Below, piece by piece: positions 49,104-58,900 of a stretch of 64,000 nt of DNA. The stretch comes from an uncultured Gemmatimonadota bacterium (GTDB lineage: Bacteria; JAAXHH01), in contig OX638340.1 in the NCBI GenBank assembly GCA_951812955.1, positions 1,024,001 through 1,088,000 of the forward strand, written 5' to 3'. The first letter of the stretch is position 1; the number at the start of each line of letters is the position of its first letter. A model generated the notes under the pieces. That model worked only from the letters and a program-made list of their open reading frames with translations. It did no database searches and was not told where the DNA came from. The translations under genes and the position numbers were made by a program.

Positions 49104-49297
49104 CGAACCGCTCCGCGGAAATGACCTTGAAAATCGAAGATGCATAAGATAAATACCGGGGGATGAAACGACAAATAAAATCCGACTCGGAAATCGATCC
49201 CGGCTTCAGAGGCCGTGCCAAAAACACCTTGACACTACAGGGTCGTATCTCTATTCTGTCCACGGCATAAAACAGTATCACGCGGGGAAGAATCGGA

Positions 49298-50419
49298 ATG
49301 GTCAATCAAGGCCTGGAAGGCGTCGTAGCCGCACAGTCGGCCATCTGTTTTATCGATGGCCAGCAGGGCAGAATGCTCTACCGGGGCCACGACATTCACG
49401 ACCTGGCCACCCATTCGAGTTTCGAGGAAACCGCCTACCTGCTGTGGCACGGCATCCTGCCCGGTCCAGGCCGGTTGGCGGAACTCGAAGAGCAGCTTCT
49501 AACCGGTAGAACCCTGCCTTTCGAAGTCATGGAACTGCTGCGGGCGATTCCGCGGGACACGGCGCCCATGGACGTGCTCCGTTCCGCGGTCTCGTTCCTT
49601 GCCGCGTACGACCCGGACGTGGCGAACCATTCCCGCGAAGCGAACCTGCGCAAAGCCGTCCGCCTGACCGCCCAACTCGCATCCATAACCACGGCCTGGC
49701 ACCGGATCTCGAACGACGAACCTCCTGTGGATCCGAATCCCGGTCTCGGCCACGCGGCGAATTTCCTTTACATGCTGAGCGGTGCGGAACCGGAACCCGA
49801 GCATGCGAGGGCCTTTGACGTCGCCATGATACTGCACGCCGACCATGAGTTGAACGCGTCCACCTTCTCCGCCCGGGTAACCGCGGCCACGCTTTCGGAC
49901 ATGCATTCTGCGGTCACGTCGGCCATCGGCACGCTCAAGGGCCCACTGCACGGAGGCGCCAACAAGGACGTGATGGATATGCTTTACGAGATCCGGGAGA
50001 TCTCCCGTGCCGAGGATTACGTCAGAGAGAAACTGGCCGCGAGAGAAAAAATCCCCGGTTTCGGTCACCGTGTCTACAAGACGGAAGATCCCCGGGCGAC
50101 GCACCTGCGACGACTTTCCAAGGACCTGGGCAGGAGTGCGGGCGACCTGAAGTGGTTTGAAATGTCCCGTGTGATCGAGAAAACGATGATGGAAGTGAAG
50201 GGCATTGCCTGCAACGTGGACTTCTATTCCGGTTCGGTATACACCACCATGGGCATTCCGGCTCGGTTGTTCACGCCCGTTTTCGCCTGCGGCCGCATCA
50301 CCGGTTGGACCGCCCATCTCCTCGAACAGTACGCCGATAACCGGATCATCCGTCCCGTGGGAGAGTACACGGGGCCGACCGAAGCCCGGTATATACCCAT
50401 GGATGGGCGCCCCGCCTGA
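49298..50419 (+). CDS. citrate synthase / 2-methylcitrate synthase family
   Basis: 373 aa; catalytic His/Asp blocks (GPLHGGAN, GFGHRVYK, D in NVDFYSG). Confidence 0.85.
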   Translation: MVNQGLEGVVAAQSAICFIDGQQGRMLYRGHDIHDLATHSSFEETAYLLWHGILPGPGRLAELEEQLLTGRTLPFEVMELLRAIPRDTAPMDVLRSAVSFLAAYDPDVANHSREANLRKAVRLTAQLASITTAWHRISNDEPPVDPNPGLGHAANFLYMLSGAEPEPEHARAFDVAMILHADHELNASTFSARVTAATLSDMHSAVTSAIGTLKGPLHGGANKDVMDMLYEIREISRAEDYVREKLAAREKIPGFGHRVYKTEDPRATHLRRLSKDLGRSAGDLKWFEMSRVIEKTMMEVKGIACNVDFYSGSVYTTMGIPARLFTPVFACGRITGWTAHLLEQYADNRIIRPVGEYTGPTEARYIPMDGRPA

Positions 50420-50450
50420 GAAGCGGAACGCCCGATCGGTGACATGTCAT

Positions 50451-51038
50451 ATGATACAGGCTTTCCGCGCGCTGGTCTTCGCGACAACCGTCAGTGTATT
50501 TGCATTGCCGGCGTCCGGCCAGTTCAATTTCAACCTGGGCGGCGAAATAGCCCGCCCCACGTCGGGTCTTGCCAAACTGGTCGAAGAAGACTATGGTTAC
50601 GGCGCCCATGCCGCCCTGACTTACTGGTTGAGTTATCGAGTCCAGTTCGTCTGCTCGGGCGGCTACATCACATACGGTAGCGAAGCGTTCGCCTCCCGCA
50701 CCGAAGTGGAGGACCTGGTAGACCGGAATCTGGACGAAATAGTCGACCGGATCGAAGGCAATTACTCCAGCATACCGGTGACCACCGGGCTGCGATTCTA
50801 CCCTCTGGAACGACTCTTCGTGCAGGGCTCTGCCGGCGTGGTGTACAAGAGAACGCGGCAGAAAGGCGACGCAGCCACGAATTCGGAAGAGGGCTTCGTC
50901 ACTGAAAGAGAACTCATCGTGTCGCCGGGGGTCGGGCTGCTGATCGGCCGTTTCAGCCTGCAGGCGCAGTACAACGTGTCCAAGGACGACTGGAAGTGGT
51001 TGAGCCTGGGGGTGTCGATGATCTTCGGGAAGCTGTAA
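50451..51038 (+). CDS. outer-membrane beta-barrel protein (small OMP)
   Basis: Start MIQAFRALVFATTVSVFALPASGQ signal peptide; ORF-track start 50205 would overlap citrate synthase. Confidence 0.55.
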   Translation: MIQAFRALVFATTVSVFALPASGQFNFNLGGEIARPTSGLAKLVEEDYGYGAHAALTYWLSYRVQFVCSGGYITYGSEAFASRTEVEDLVDRNLDEIVDRIEGNYSSIPVTTGLRFYPLERLFVQGSAGVVYKRTRQKGDAATNSEEGFVTERELIVSPGVGLLIGRFSLQAQYNVSKDDWKWLSLGVSMIFGKL

Positions 51039-51146
51039 GGCTTCTGCTGTAAAATGCTTTCAGAATGTCGTCCTTGGAAGAAAACTCTAAACTACGCATT
51101 TGCAGACATCCGATTTTAACAGGCCCCTCCATTTACGGTAATTGCT

Positions 51147-53255
51147 ATGCCAGTCAATAGCGAGCCATCCTTCAACGAAGCACTGGCACGTGTCCTCCGG
51201 TCGAAGAATCCTCGCTGGCGGGACACGCTTGCCGCAGAACAACACCAAACGCTAAAGGGTGGCGGTAGACCTGACGTAATACTGCGGAATCCGCGCGGTT
51301 CGGTGGTTGTCGTCGAGACCGAGTACGTTCCAGCCCGTACGGTTGAGACGGAAGCCAATGATCGCATCGGTCGAGAACTCAGTGATTCAGGCGTGGCTAT
51401 TGAGCAGTGTGTCGCCGTCCGAGTACCTGATTACTTAAAAACGGTCCCTCAGCACGATCTCGACACCCGTACGGCGGTGGCGACCTACGAATTCTGCCTC
51501 TTCAGCGAAACGGACAATGCCGAGGATCCTTTGCGCTGGCCTGCGGATGGTTGGATCACAGGCGCGATCAACGATCTCGCGCTCCTGATCGAAACCGCGT
51601 CGATTTCAGAACGGATCGTCGCCCAAAGCCTGGACATTCTGGAAGATGGGATAAGCGAAACTGCCGTCCAGTTGCGCGAAGCCACTAAGGACAGACCAAA
51701 CGTAAGTTCCCGCATTGCGAAAACGCTCCTGCAAGAAGACGGCGTGCAGACTTCCCGAATGGCTATGGCCATCATCGCAAATGCGCTCACTTTTCAGAGC
51801 ATGCTCGCCGGGGTCTTTCACGTAAAGACGATCGACGATCTACGCCGGAACGGAGTCATCCCAAAGTCGGCGGTCCTGCGAGAATGGAAGCGCATCCTTC
51901 GAATAAACTACTGGCCCATATTCCACATTGCGAGCGAGGTCCTCAGTCCGATTCCGGATGGCATCTCCGCTCGTTTGCTGGAAAAGTTGTCGAATGTGTC
52001 GAGCGAGTTAGAAGCACACGGCATCACCCAGTCACACGACATCTATGGGCGAATGTTCCAGCGGATGATCAGCGACAGGAAGTTCCTCGCGACGTTTTAC
52101 ACCTTGCCCACGTCGGCGACGTTGCTCGCGGAGTTGGCAGTTGAGATGATAGACGTTGAGTGGAGCGATCCTGATGAGGTGACGAAGCTTCGCACCGCAG
52201 ACTTTGCATGCGGTACGGGTACGTTGATCACGGCGCTCTATCAGGCAATGCTGGGTCGCCATCGACGTGCTGGCGGCAACGATGAGGCGATTCACAAGAG
52301 CATGATGGAGACTTCTATCTTCGCGGCCGATATCATGCCGGCGGCTACCCATCTGACCACTTCGATGTTGTCCAGTACCCATCCAACAACCCCTTTCGAG
52401 CAGACCCGTGTCCATCTCTTGCCCTACGGCCAGCAGGAGGACGACGTAGGGGCCATTACCTTCGCGCTGGGCGCGCTTGACCTGATACGAGCGCAGCACG
52501 GTACCGGACTATTCGAGAACACGGGGATCATGGTACAAAGCGGTACAGAAAGCACGCAGGACGTCATTAGAGAAGCAGGTAGATTGACGGACACATTCCT
52601 GCTTCAGCACCACTCGATGGACGTGGTTATCATGAATCCGCCCTTTACTCGCCCGACCAACCACGAAGCGACCGATGTCCCTGTACCTTCTTTTGCCGGC
52701 ATGGGAAATAATGAGGCAGAGCAGGCAGCCATGTCCCAACTTCTGAGAGATATCCGGAGGGAAATTGACGATCCCGCCGGTCACGGAAACGCCGGACTCG
52801 CGTCCAATTTCCTTGACCTCGCTGACGCCAAGATCCGTCCCGGCGGCTTGCTTGCGCTCGTGATGCCACTCAGCCTTCTTCAAGGCAACGCGTGGAAGGC
52901 AAGCCGCGACCTACTGCAGGCAAAGTATGAGAGCGCAGTGGTCGTCAGCCTAGCATCCGTAGTTCGAGACAGTGCGGTATCATTCTCGGCCGATACCGGA
53001 ATGGGAGAGGTGTTGTTGATCGCACGACGCAGAACCGTACCAGACAGTCCAGAGCACACGAAAACTGAAGAGACAGTCGATACGGTTACCTATTCGCGCT
53101 GCGAAAGCCGCCGGCATCGGGAACCGAGGCAACAGGGATCGCATCGGCGATTCGTGACGCGATCCAGCAGGGCACCTCGCGAATCGCCATTGGAAACGCC
53201 CGTTACGGTATTCTCACACGAGGTACCTGGGACGAGGGCCACTGCGCGTCAGTGA
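51147..53255 (+). CDS. Type IIG-like restriction-modification enzyme, N-terminal nuclease-like region + N6-adenine methyltransferase domain (apparently frameshifted; continues in 53252-54103)
   Basis: Motif I DFACGTGT, motif IV MNPPF (MmeI-like NPPF); last ~55 aa are Arg-rich wrong-frame read-through; the -1 frame from ~53069 reads as good protein into the next ORF. Confidence 0.6.
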   Translation: MPVNSEPSFNEALARVLRSKNPRWRDTLAAEQHQTLKGGGRPDVILRNPRGSVVVVETEYVPARTVETEANDRIGRELSDSGVAIEQCVAVRVPDYLKTVPQHDLDTRTAVATYEFCLFSETDNAEDPLRWPADGWITGAINDLALLIETASISERIVAQSLDILEDGISETAVQLREATKDRPNVSSRIAKTLLQEDGVQTSRMAMAIIANALTFQSMLAGVFHVKTIDDLRRNGVIPKSAVLREWKRILRINYWPIFHIASEVLSPIPDGISARLLEKLSNVSSELEAHGITQSHDIYGRMFQRMISDRKFLATFYTLPTSATLLAELAVEMIDVEWSDPDEVTKLRTADFACGTGTLITALYQAMLGRHRRAGGNDEAIHKSMMETSIFAADIMPAATHLTTSMLSSTHPTTPFEQTRVHLLPYGQQEDDVGAITFALGALDLIRAQHGTGLFENTGIMVQSGTESTQDVIREAGRLTDTFLLQHHSMDVVIMNPPFTRPTNHEATDVPVPSFAGMGNNEAEQAAMSQLLRDIRREIDDPAGHGNAGLASNFLDLADAKIRPGGLLALVMPLSLLQGNAWKASRDLLQAKYESAVVVSLASVVRDSAVSFSADTGMGEVLLIARRRTVPDSPEHTKTEETVDTVTYSRCESRRHREPRQQGSHRRFVTRSSRAPRESPLETPVTVFSHEVPGTRATARQ

Positions 53256-54103
53256 TAAATGCTGAACTCGTAGATACCGTGAGAAACCTGCAAGATAGCA
53301 AACTGAAATTGCCTCGAATGGCTCAAGCGTATTCGGTTCCAACAACGATGCTGGGCGAGTTGGGAAAACGGGGCTTGGTTCACCGAGATATCAATGGGAT
53401 TGAAAGAAAATCCGTTCAAGATCAACAGGAATCAAAACGGTATTTTCGCGGTCCGTTCGATATCGTACATACGACAGACGAACCGACCTTTCCGGTTCTC
53501 TGGGGACATGCCACTGACCGCGAACGTTGCATCGTGGTTCAGCCTGACAGTGCAGGAATAATTCGCGAAGACTGTGAAGACGGCGCGCACGATGCCTGGA
53601 GAACGGCGACCAGGCTCCACTTCAGTCTCGACTTTCGCCTCAACTCACAATGCCTCGCCGCGTGCCTTACTCCAACCGAAACACTGGGAGGAAGAGCATG
53701 GCCCAATTTCCAGATGGACAGCCGTAGGAATGAGACTGTTACCGCGCTGTGGGCTAACACAACGCTGGGACTGATACTGTTCTGGTGGGCAGGTACCGTT
53801 CAGCAAGCAGGACGAGCCAACCTTACCATCAGCAGGTTGCCCGAACTGCTCACGCTGGATGCGCGTACGCTGACAGACGCGCAGCACAAGCAGGTAGATC
53901 TGATCTTCAAAGAGTTTGAGAAACGCCCACTGTTGCCAGGAAACGAGGCGTATCGGGACGCGAGCCGACAGGCGCTGGATGAGGCCGTGCTCATTGGCCT
54001 CATTGGACTGCCTGAATCAATTCTCGATCCTCTCGCGGTGCTTCGCCGGCAGTGGTGCAGTGAGCCGACCGTGCATGGTGGGAAAAGTACGCGACCCAAT
54101 TGA
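53252..54103 (+). CDS. C-terminal (target-recognition-like) part of the frameshifted methyltransferase gene
   Basis: 283-aa ORF beginning with GTG; same frame is open upstream to 53069 (RDSRYGYLFALRKPPASGTEATGIASAIRD...). Confidence 0.5.
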   Translation: MINAELVDTVRNLQDSKLKLPRMAQAYSVPTTMLGELGKRGLVHRDINGIERKSVQDQQESKRYFRGPFDIVHTTDEPTFPVLWGHATDRERCIVVQPDSAGIIREDCEDGAHDAWRTATRLHFSLDFRLNSQCLAACLTPTETLGGRAWPNFQMDSRRNETVTALWANTTLGLILFWWAGTVQQAGRANLTISRLPELLTLDARTLTDAQHKQVDLIFKEFEKRPLLPGNEAYRDASRQALDEAVLIGLIGLPESILDPLAVLRRQWCSEPTVHGGKSTRPN

Positions 54104-54167
54104 ATAGTTTTACGATAGTACTCAAACCCCAAAATGCAGTTGGCTTCCATATAGCACCGCATTCTAA

Positions 54168-56870
54168 TTGATCATGAATTGCGATGGTAATATGAGTTCA
54201 TCTAAAATCAGACCTGCTGAAAAACCGCTCGCAATGTTTGTAAGTAGTGTGATGGATGATGACCTTCAACCATATCGAGATACAGCAGAATCCCTGATCA
54301 ATTCCAGGTTCCTCACGTCTTGGGTTTTCGAATACACCCCCGCGAGTTCTGAATCATTAGACGAGTCCTATTTACGACACGTAAGAAATGCGGATTTCGT
54401 AATATGGATAGGTGGTGAAAAAACATCGAATCCTGTGAAGCGGGAGGTAAATGAAGCAATCATTCATCAAAAACGCCTGTTGGTTTTTCTACTACCTGCT
54501 AACACTAGAAATGCTGGTACTGAGGAGATAATTGAGACTATCAGTTCAAACAAAGGTCCAAAGTGGTGTAAACTGGACGATCGAAATATCGAAACATTTG
54601 AGGAAGCACTTGACTATACGATACAGGACGAATTTGCTCGGGCGATTAGAAATGATCATAGTTGGCAACGAATCGGCACATTGGAACGACTAAACCGCGA
54701 CTCTCGAGCAAGGTCTTTGTCCAGATTCATGGCATCCGGCCTTTCACGAAATCAAGCAAATCGTATGTTTAAGAAGGTTTCCGATCTTCCTGTCTTAGCA
54801 TCGCCTGAGTTACCGAAAGAAGGCGAGGTGAGTTTACTTGTTGGGACGCTGGGATCCGGAAAGTCATTCACGGCTGAAAAAGTGTATCAGGAGGTCCTTG
54901 ATCAATCTAGATCTCCGTTGGCTCCTGTACCTTTCTACATAACTGCACGTCATGTTAGAAATGGTTTGGATTCTTACATCAAACAACTCAATCCTGAGTT
55001 AGGTGACGTCACTTCAATTGGCGCCTCCATAGTAATTGATCAAATTGACGATCTTCCCAATTCCGATTCACGCCGACTGTATGAAGAAGCGCTTGCTCTC
55101 ACGTTATCGTGGCCCAAGACGAGGGTTCTACTCGTTAGTCGTCCTCAGCCGTGGAGCCGAGACTGTGTTGCTACTACACATGTAAGGGAGATGTCGTTAG
55201 AGGAAGTTGAAACTGTGGTAGAACTCGTGTCGGATTCAATTCGTTCCCAGCTTCTTTGGATAATGCCTCATGCTTTACGTCGATCCGTTCAACGCCCTCT
55301 TTTCGCGATCCTGCTTGCCAAGTATCTCGAATCTAATGAAGATCAAGTTCCAATTTCTATGGCTAAGTTACTCGACCGGATGGTACGCGAAGCTGTCGAG
55401 AACGCTGGCACTGAAAGCAATCAGTCGATAGAAAAGATGCTGAGGTCTTTGGCTGTAAAACTGACAGACGGCCATGCCGATGTGAAACTGACGGATCTTA
55501 CTATACCAATATCCGATAGAAACAGACTCTTAAATACACATTTGGTATATGAGGAATCTGAACGTCTGGATTTTGCCTTGCCTATCTTGCGGCAATGGTT
55601 CGCATTTGATGCCATATGTCAAAAAGAAGTAGATATCGTAGAATTATCACTTGATGCGGGACGACTCGATAAGTGGGAAGATGTATTAACCACTGCAGTT
55701 GAACTCGCCACTAATCAGATTGATGACATAGTAGAACCCATTGTCGTCAATAACCCATCTGTAGCGTCAGTCATTCTCGACAGTGCATTCGGCCATCTGT
55801 GGTATAGTAGTCCTGATTCTGATCTATCTGCCGACACGTTCGGGAAACATATTCGAAGGGCAATGACGGCATTTGCCAAAGGCATAGGCCCTCTAAGTGG
55901 GCTAATTGCTCCTGTGAATGAACAAGGAGAAGTAAAACCGCTCGGTGTAGCCAAATTGAACGAAGGCTATTACAAGACGAGTTGGTATGAGGGATCATCT
56001 GACATAGAAAACGTAGTCGGGGTTTCTTCGGAAGATGATTTGGCGATTTCTGATTGGCCCCACATTTTCTCGCGAACAAGGATAGACTCACCTGCGTGGG
56101 CTTGGCTGGATGTCAAGCACCAGTTGAGGGAGCGTTTGGAAAAACTACTAAATTGTTACGGTTTTCCTATTCGAAATACCTTCTTCTTGCATGAATCAGC
56201 TTGGGAATTAGCATCCTCGGCATTGAACCGACATTCGCAGTTAGAACCCCAAGTCTCTAGTGATGAAATGAATGACGTGCTCCGATGGATCCAGAAAAGA
56301 CCTTCGACCATGCTTCGACAATTTAGTCCAGAGACCGTAGTGTTAGCAGCAACGTACCTACAAGGACTCATTGACAAAAACAGGCCACTCCGAGCACCGT
56401 GGCCTGGGCCTGATCAGGCTTTGTCTAGTAGTAAGTGGGTGTGGGAACTGTATTCTCCTGAGAGGCTTCGCAAAAGGCTTCAACGCGTCTTAAGTGCATC
56501 TTTAGAAATGTATCAGGAAATCGTATCCAAATGGTTTATCACTATGTCCAACAGATTCGAGTTATTTTCACTAAATCCAGTACGTCTTGTTGGTTACTTA
56601 TACGTGCCTGAAGGAAAAACTTCCGACTTGAGAAGTGAACCATCCGTAACGTTCTATTTTGAACCGATTCGGGGACATGTGTCGTCAAGTGTGGATATCT
56701 TTCTCGGTTCAATTCCGTTAGCAGAATTAGAGTCAACTGTACTTAAAGTCAATCCAAATGCTATCACAATATGTACGTCTATGGTTGTCAGTATTTTCGG
56801 CAGACGTCCAGCAACTGATCAGGCTTACGATTGGCTGAAAGACGGTTTACGTTCCGCCAAGTGGGACTAA
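54168..56870 (+). CDS. DUF4062-like N-terminal domain + P-loop (STAND/NACHT-like) NTPase + long C-terminal domain; candidate antiphage sensor
   Basis: 900 aa; markedly AT-richer than flanks; N-term MFVSSVMDDDL...ADFVIWIGGEK (DUF4062-like); Walker A GTLGSGKS, Walker B IVIDQIDD. Confidence 0.6.
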   Translation: MIMNCDGNMSSSKIRPAEKPLAMFVSSVMDDDLQPYRDTAESLINSRFLTSWVFEYTPASSESLDESYLRHVRNADFVIWIGGEKTSNPVKREVNEAIIHQKRLLVFLLPANTRNAGTEEIIETISSNKGPKWCKLDDRNIETFEEALDYTIQDEFARAIRNDHSWQRIGTLERLNRDSRARSLSRFMASGLSRNQANRMFKKVSDLPVLASPELPKEGEVSLLVGTLGSGKSFTAEKVYQEVLDQSRSPLAPVPFYITARHVRNGLDSYIKQLNPELGDVTSIGASIVIDQIDDLPNSDSRRLYEEALALTLSWPKTRVLLVSRPQPWSRDCVATTHVREMSLEEVETVVELVSDSIRSQLLWIMPHALRRSVQRPLFAILLAKYLESNEDQVPISMAKLLDRMVREAVENAGTESNQSIEKMLRSLAVKLTDGHADVKLTDLTIPISDRNRLLNTHLVYEESERLDFALPILRQWFAFDAICQKEVDIVELSLDAGRLDKWEDVLTTAVELATNQIDDIVEPIVVNNPSVASVILDSAFGHLWYSSPDSDLSADTFGKHIRRAMTAFAKGIGPLSGLIAPVNEQGEVKPLGVAKLNEGYYKTSWYEGSSDIENVVGVSSEDDLAISDWPHIFSRTRIDSPAWAWLDVKHQLRERLEKLLNCYGFPIRNTFFLHESAWELASSALNRHSQLEPQVSSDEMNDVLRWIQKRPSTMLRQFSPETVVLAATYLQGLIDKNRPLRAPWPGPDQALSSSKWVWELYSPERLRKRLQRVLSASLEMYQEIVSKWFITMSNRFELFSLNPVRLVGYLYVPEGKTSDLRSEPSVTFYFEPIRGHVSSSVDIFLGSIPLAELESTVLKVNPNAITICTSMVVSIFGRRPATDQAYDWLKDGLRSAKWD

Positions 56871-56898
56871 TTCATTCAGTTTCAGATACCTTTGATTC

Positions 56899-57900
56899 AT
56901 GGCTTACGAATCCCGTATGACCGAATTCAGGAAAGCGAGAGACCGCGGTGCCAAATACCTGCTTCGCCAGGTACACGCGGACGGCAGTTTCGGCAATCCC
57001 GTTCTCGGCGTAACCGAATACTACAAGGCGCCGGCCGCGTTTCTCGTGTGTGGACTGTCCCATGCCGCGAATCGACAGCTAAACTGGATCAGGCACAACG
57101 GCTTCCTGCCGAACGGTGATTTCGGTCCAAGACCCGCCAGCGAACGCAACAGTTACTATTACACCTACCACAATGCCTGGGTGATCAAGGCGGCCCACCG
57201 CATGGGCGCTTTCGACCTCGCCCGGCGCGGCATGGACTTCCTCCTCGGATTCCGCGACCCGGCCAGCGGCGGTTTCTACTCCCACCCGATGGCGCGCGAC
57301 GATACGACCGAGCAGGACCTGTGGGTCGTGAGCGGCATAGGCTGGTGCGCCGTTTACACCGGAAAGCTGGACGTGGCCAGGGGCATCGGCCGCTGGATGC
57401 GTCGCCTGATGGAGGATCAGCCCGATTACCCCAGTGCGTTGTGGACGGTCTACAGCCGCGACCGCGGACTGATCACCGAGGTGCTGGACGGCGACGATTT
57501 CAGGTACGTGCTGACTCGGGACGAGTCGCGCGACCAATCCTTCTACCACCCAGGCATCGCGGCTGGCTTCCTGTGCCGCCTCTACATGGCCACGGGCGAG
57601 GAGGAATGGCTGGATCTCGCGAGGGAGTACATGCGGTTCTGCGAAAACGTGGGGGACTATCACTTCAAGTTGCTGCGCGCGGGCAAGGTCGGTTGGGCTG
57701 GCGCGATGCTCTACACGCTCACGGGGGAAGTAAAGTACCGCGACATGGCGGTCAGGGTAGGAAACAACCTGGTCCAGGCCCAGTTGGCAAACGGCGCATG
57801 GGCCTGGCCGGAGATGGGGCTGACCGGACCGCACAACGACATCACGGCCGAAATGGTCGTATGGCTCGACGAGATCCACCAGGCGGTTGGCGACGGCTAG
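56899..57900 (+). CDS. prenyltransferase/squalene-oxidase-repeat (alpha/alpha-toroid) protein
   Basis: 333 aa; repeated DGSFG / SGGFY / NGAWAW motifs. Confidence 0.45.
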   Translation: MAYESRMTEFRKARDRGAKYLLRQVHADGSFGNPVLGVTEYYKAPAAFLVCGLSHAANRQLNWIRHNGFLPNGDFGPRPASERNSYYYTYHNAWVIKAAHRMGAFDLARRGMDFLLGFRDPASGGFYSHPMARDDTTEQDLWVVSGIGWCAVYTGKLDVARGIGRWMRRLMEDQPDYPSALWTVYSRDRGLITEVLDGDDFRYVLTRDESRDQSFYHPGIAAGFLCRLYMATGEEEWLDLAREYMRFCENVGDYHFKLLRAGKVGWAGAMLYTLTGEVKYRDMAVRVGNNLVQAQLANGAWAWPEMGLTGPHNDITAEMVVWLDEIHQAVGDG

Positions 57901-58661
57901 GCCGCGTTACCTGGATGCTCCCGAACGACCACGGCCCTGGCGTGCCGGTCCTCCACCGATAAACGGCGGGCAACGCCCGCCCTGAGCAGCGCGATATCCC
58001 CCGGTTCGAGCGAAAAGTCCCGTCCATCCAGTGCTAGTCGCACGACCCCGTTCAGTACCATCCAGTGCTCTTGCCGGTCCGTTGCGGTATCTCCAAGGTT
58101 ATTCAACTCATCGTATCCCTGCAACCGCCATTCGGAGATGGGACACCTCGGACCGGGATCTGAAATGGGGCCGGTATTCATGTTGCCGGGAACGACGAAT
58201 CCGGGCACGGTTGGCTCGGGCGGGCCATATTCTTCTACGGTCAGGTGAAGCGGTCGCTGTGCTCTTTCCAGCCGCGTCACGATGGCGTTGTTCTCGTAGG
58301 GCGTGAACATCTGGAACTGGTGCACGCACCCCATGGGCGTATAGACCAGGGTATTGGGCGTGATTTCGTATCGGACGCCGTCCAGCCGGACCTCCCCGTA
58401 GCCCGTTGTGAACAGCCAGATTTCGTCGTTGTCGTGGTAGTGGGGCTCGACACCGGTCCCGGCTCCGCCGTCCGGAAAGTGCCGGTAGCAGTTCAGGGCG
58501 GTCCATTCCGGGAACACGCCCTGTTCCCAGTAAGTCTGGTTCGAGTTGAGCGAACGTATCATGTATCGGGGGGCGTCTATGACCATGCTGCCTCGACTTT
58601 CGACGGGTTGAAGCCACCAAACTTCCGAATGTCTGCGATTCATCAGGCGATCAGGCGACAT
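57897..58661 (-). CDS. cupin-domain protein (bicupin-like)
   Basis: EPHYHDNDEIWLFTTGYGEV cupin metal motif; start may be internal Met (58586). Confidence 0.6.
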   Translation of the reverse strand: MSPDRLMNRRHSEVWWLQPVESRGSMVIDAPRYMIRSLNSNQTYWEQGVFPEWTALNCYRHFPDGGAGTGVEPHYHDNDEIWLFTTGYGEVRLDGVRYEITPNTLVYTPMGCVHQFQMFTPYENNAIVTRLERAQRPLHLTVEEYGPPEPTVPGFVVPGNMNTGPISDPGPRCPISEWRLQGYDELNNLGDTATDRQEHWMVLNGVVRLALDGRDFSLEPGDIALLRAGVARRLSVEDRHARAVVVREHPGNAA

Positions 58662-58900
58662 CGCCTGTCTGCTCGAGATCGTAACCAGACTAATGAAGAC
58701 TGCGCCTTGAATTTACCGGTTCAATCTGTGTAAATTACGCCCCATCGTCTGACATATGGCAAGCACAACTTCGCTGATTCAGCGAATGGGTGCTGAAGGG
58801 AATCCGTTTAGCCAGTCCGGACTCACCTTAAAAAAAGTAACTTCAATCACTTGTCTGCCCGCTGCCTTGAATACCGGGCAGCCAACCTGCGAGCGCACCC

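Noticed and set aside
50205-50450. 5' extension of the small OMP gene into citrate synthase
   Set aside because: Overlaps the citrate synthase 3' end; Met 50451 is followed by a canonical signal peptide.
58641-58790. Small palindromes (CAGGCGACATCGCCTG; TTCAGCGAATGGGTGCTGAA) in the cupin/GH32 divergent region
   Set aside because: First lies within the probable cupin coding N-terminus; both are short (6-bp arms) and could arise by chance; insufficient to call an operator.
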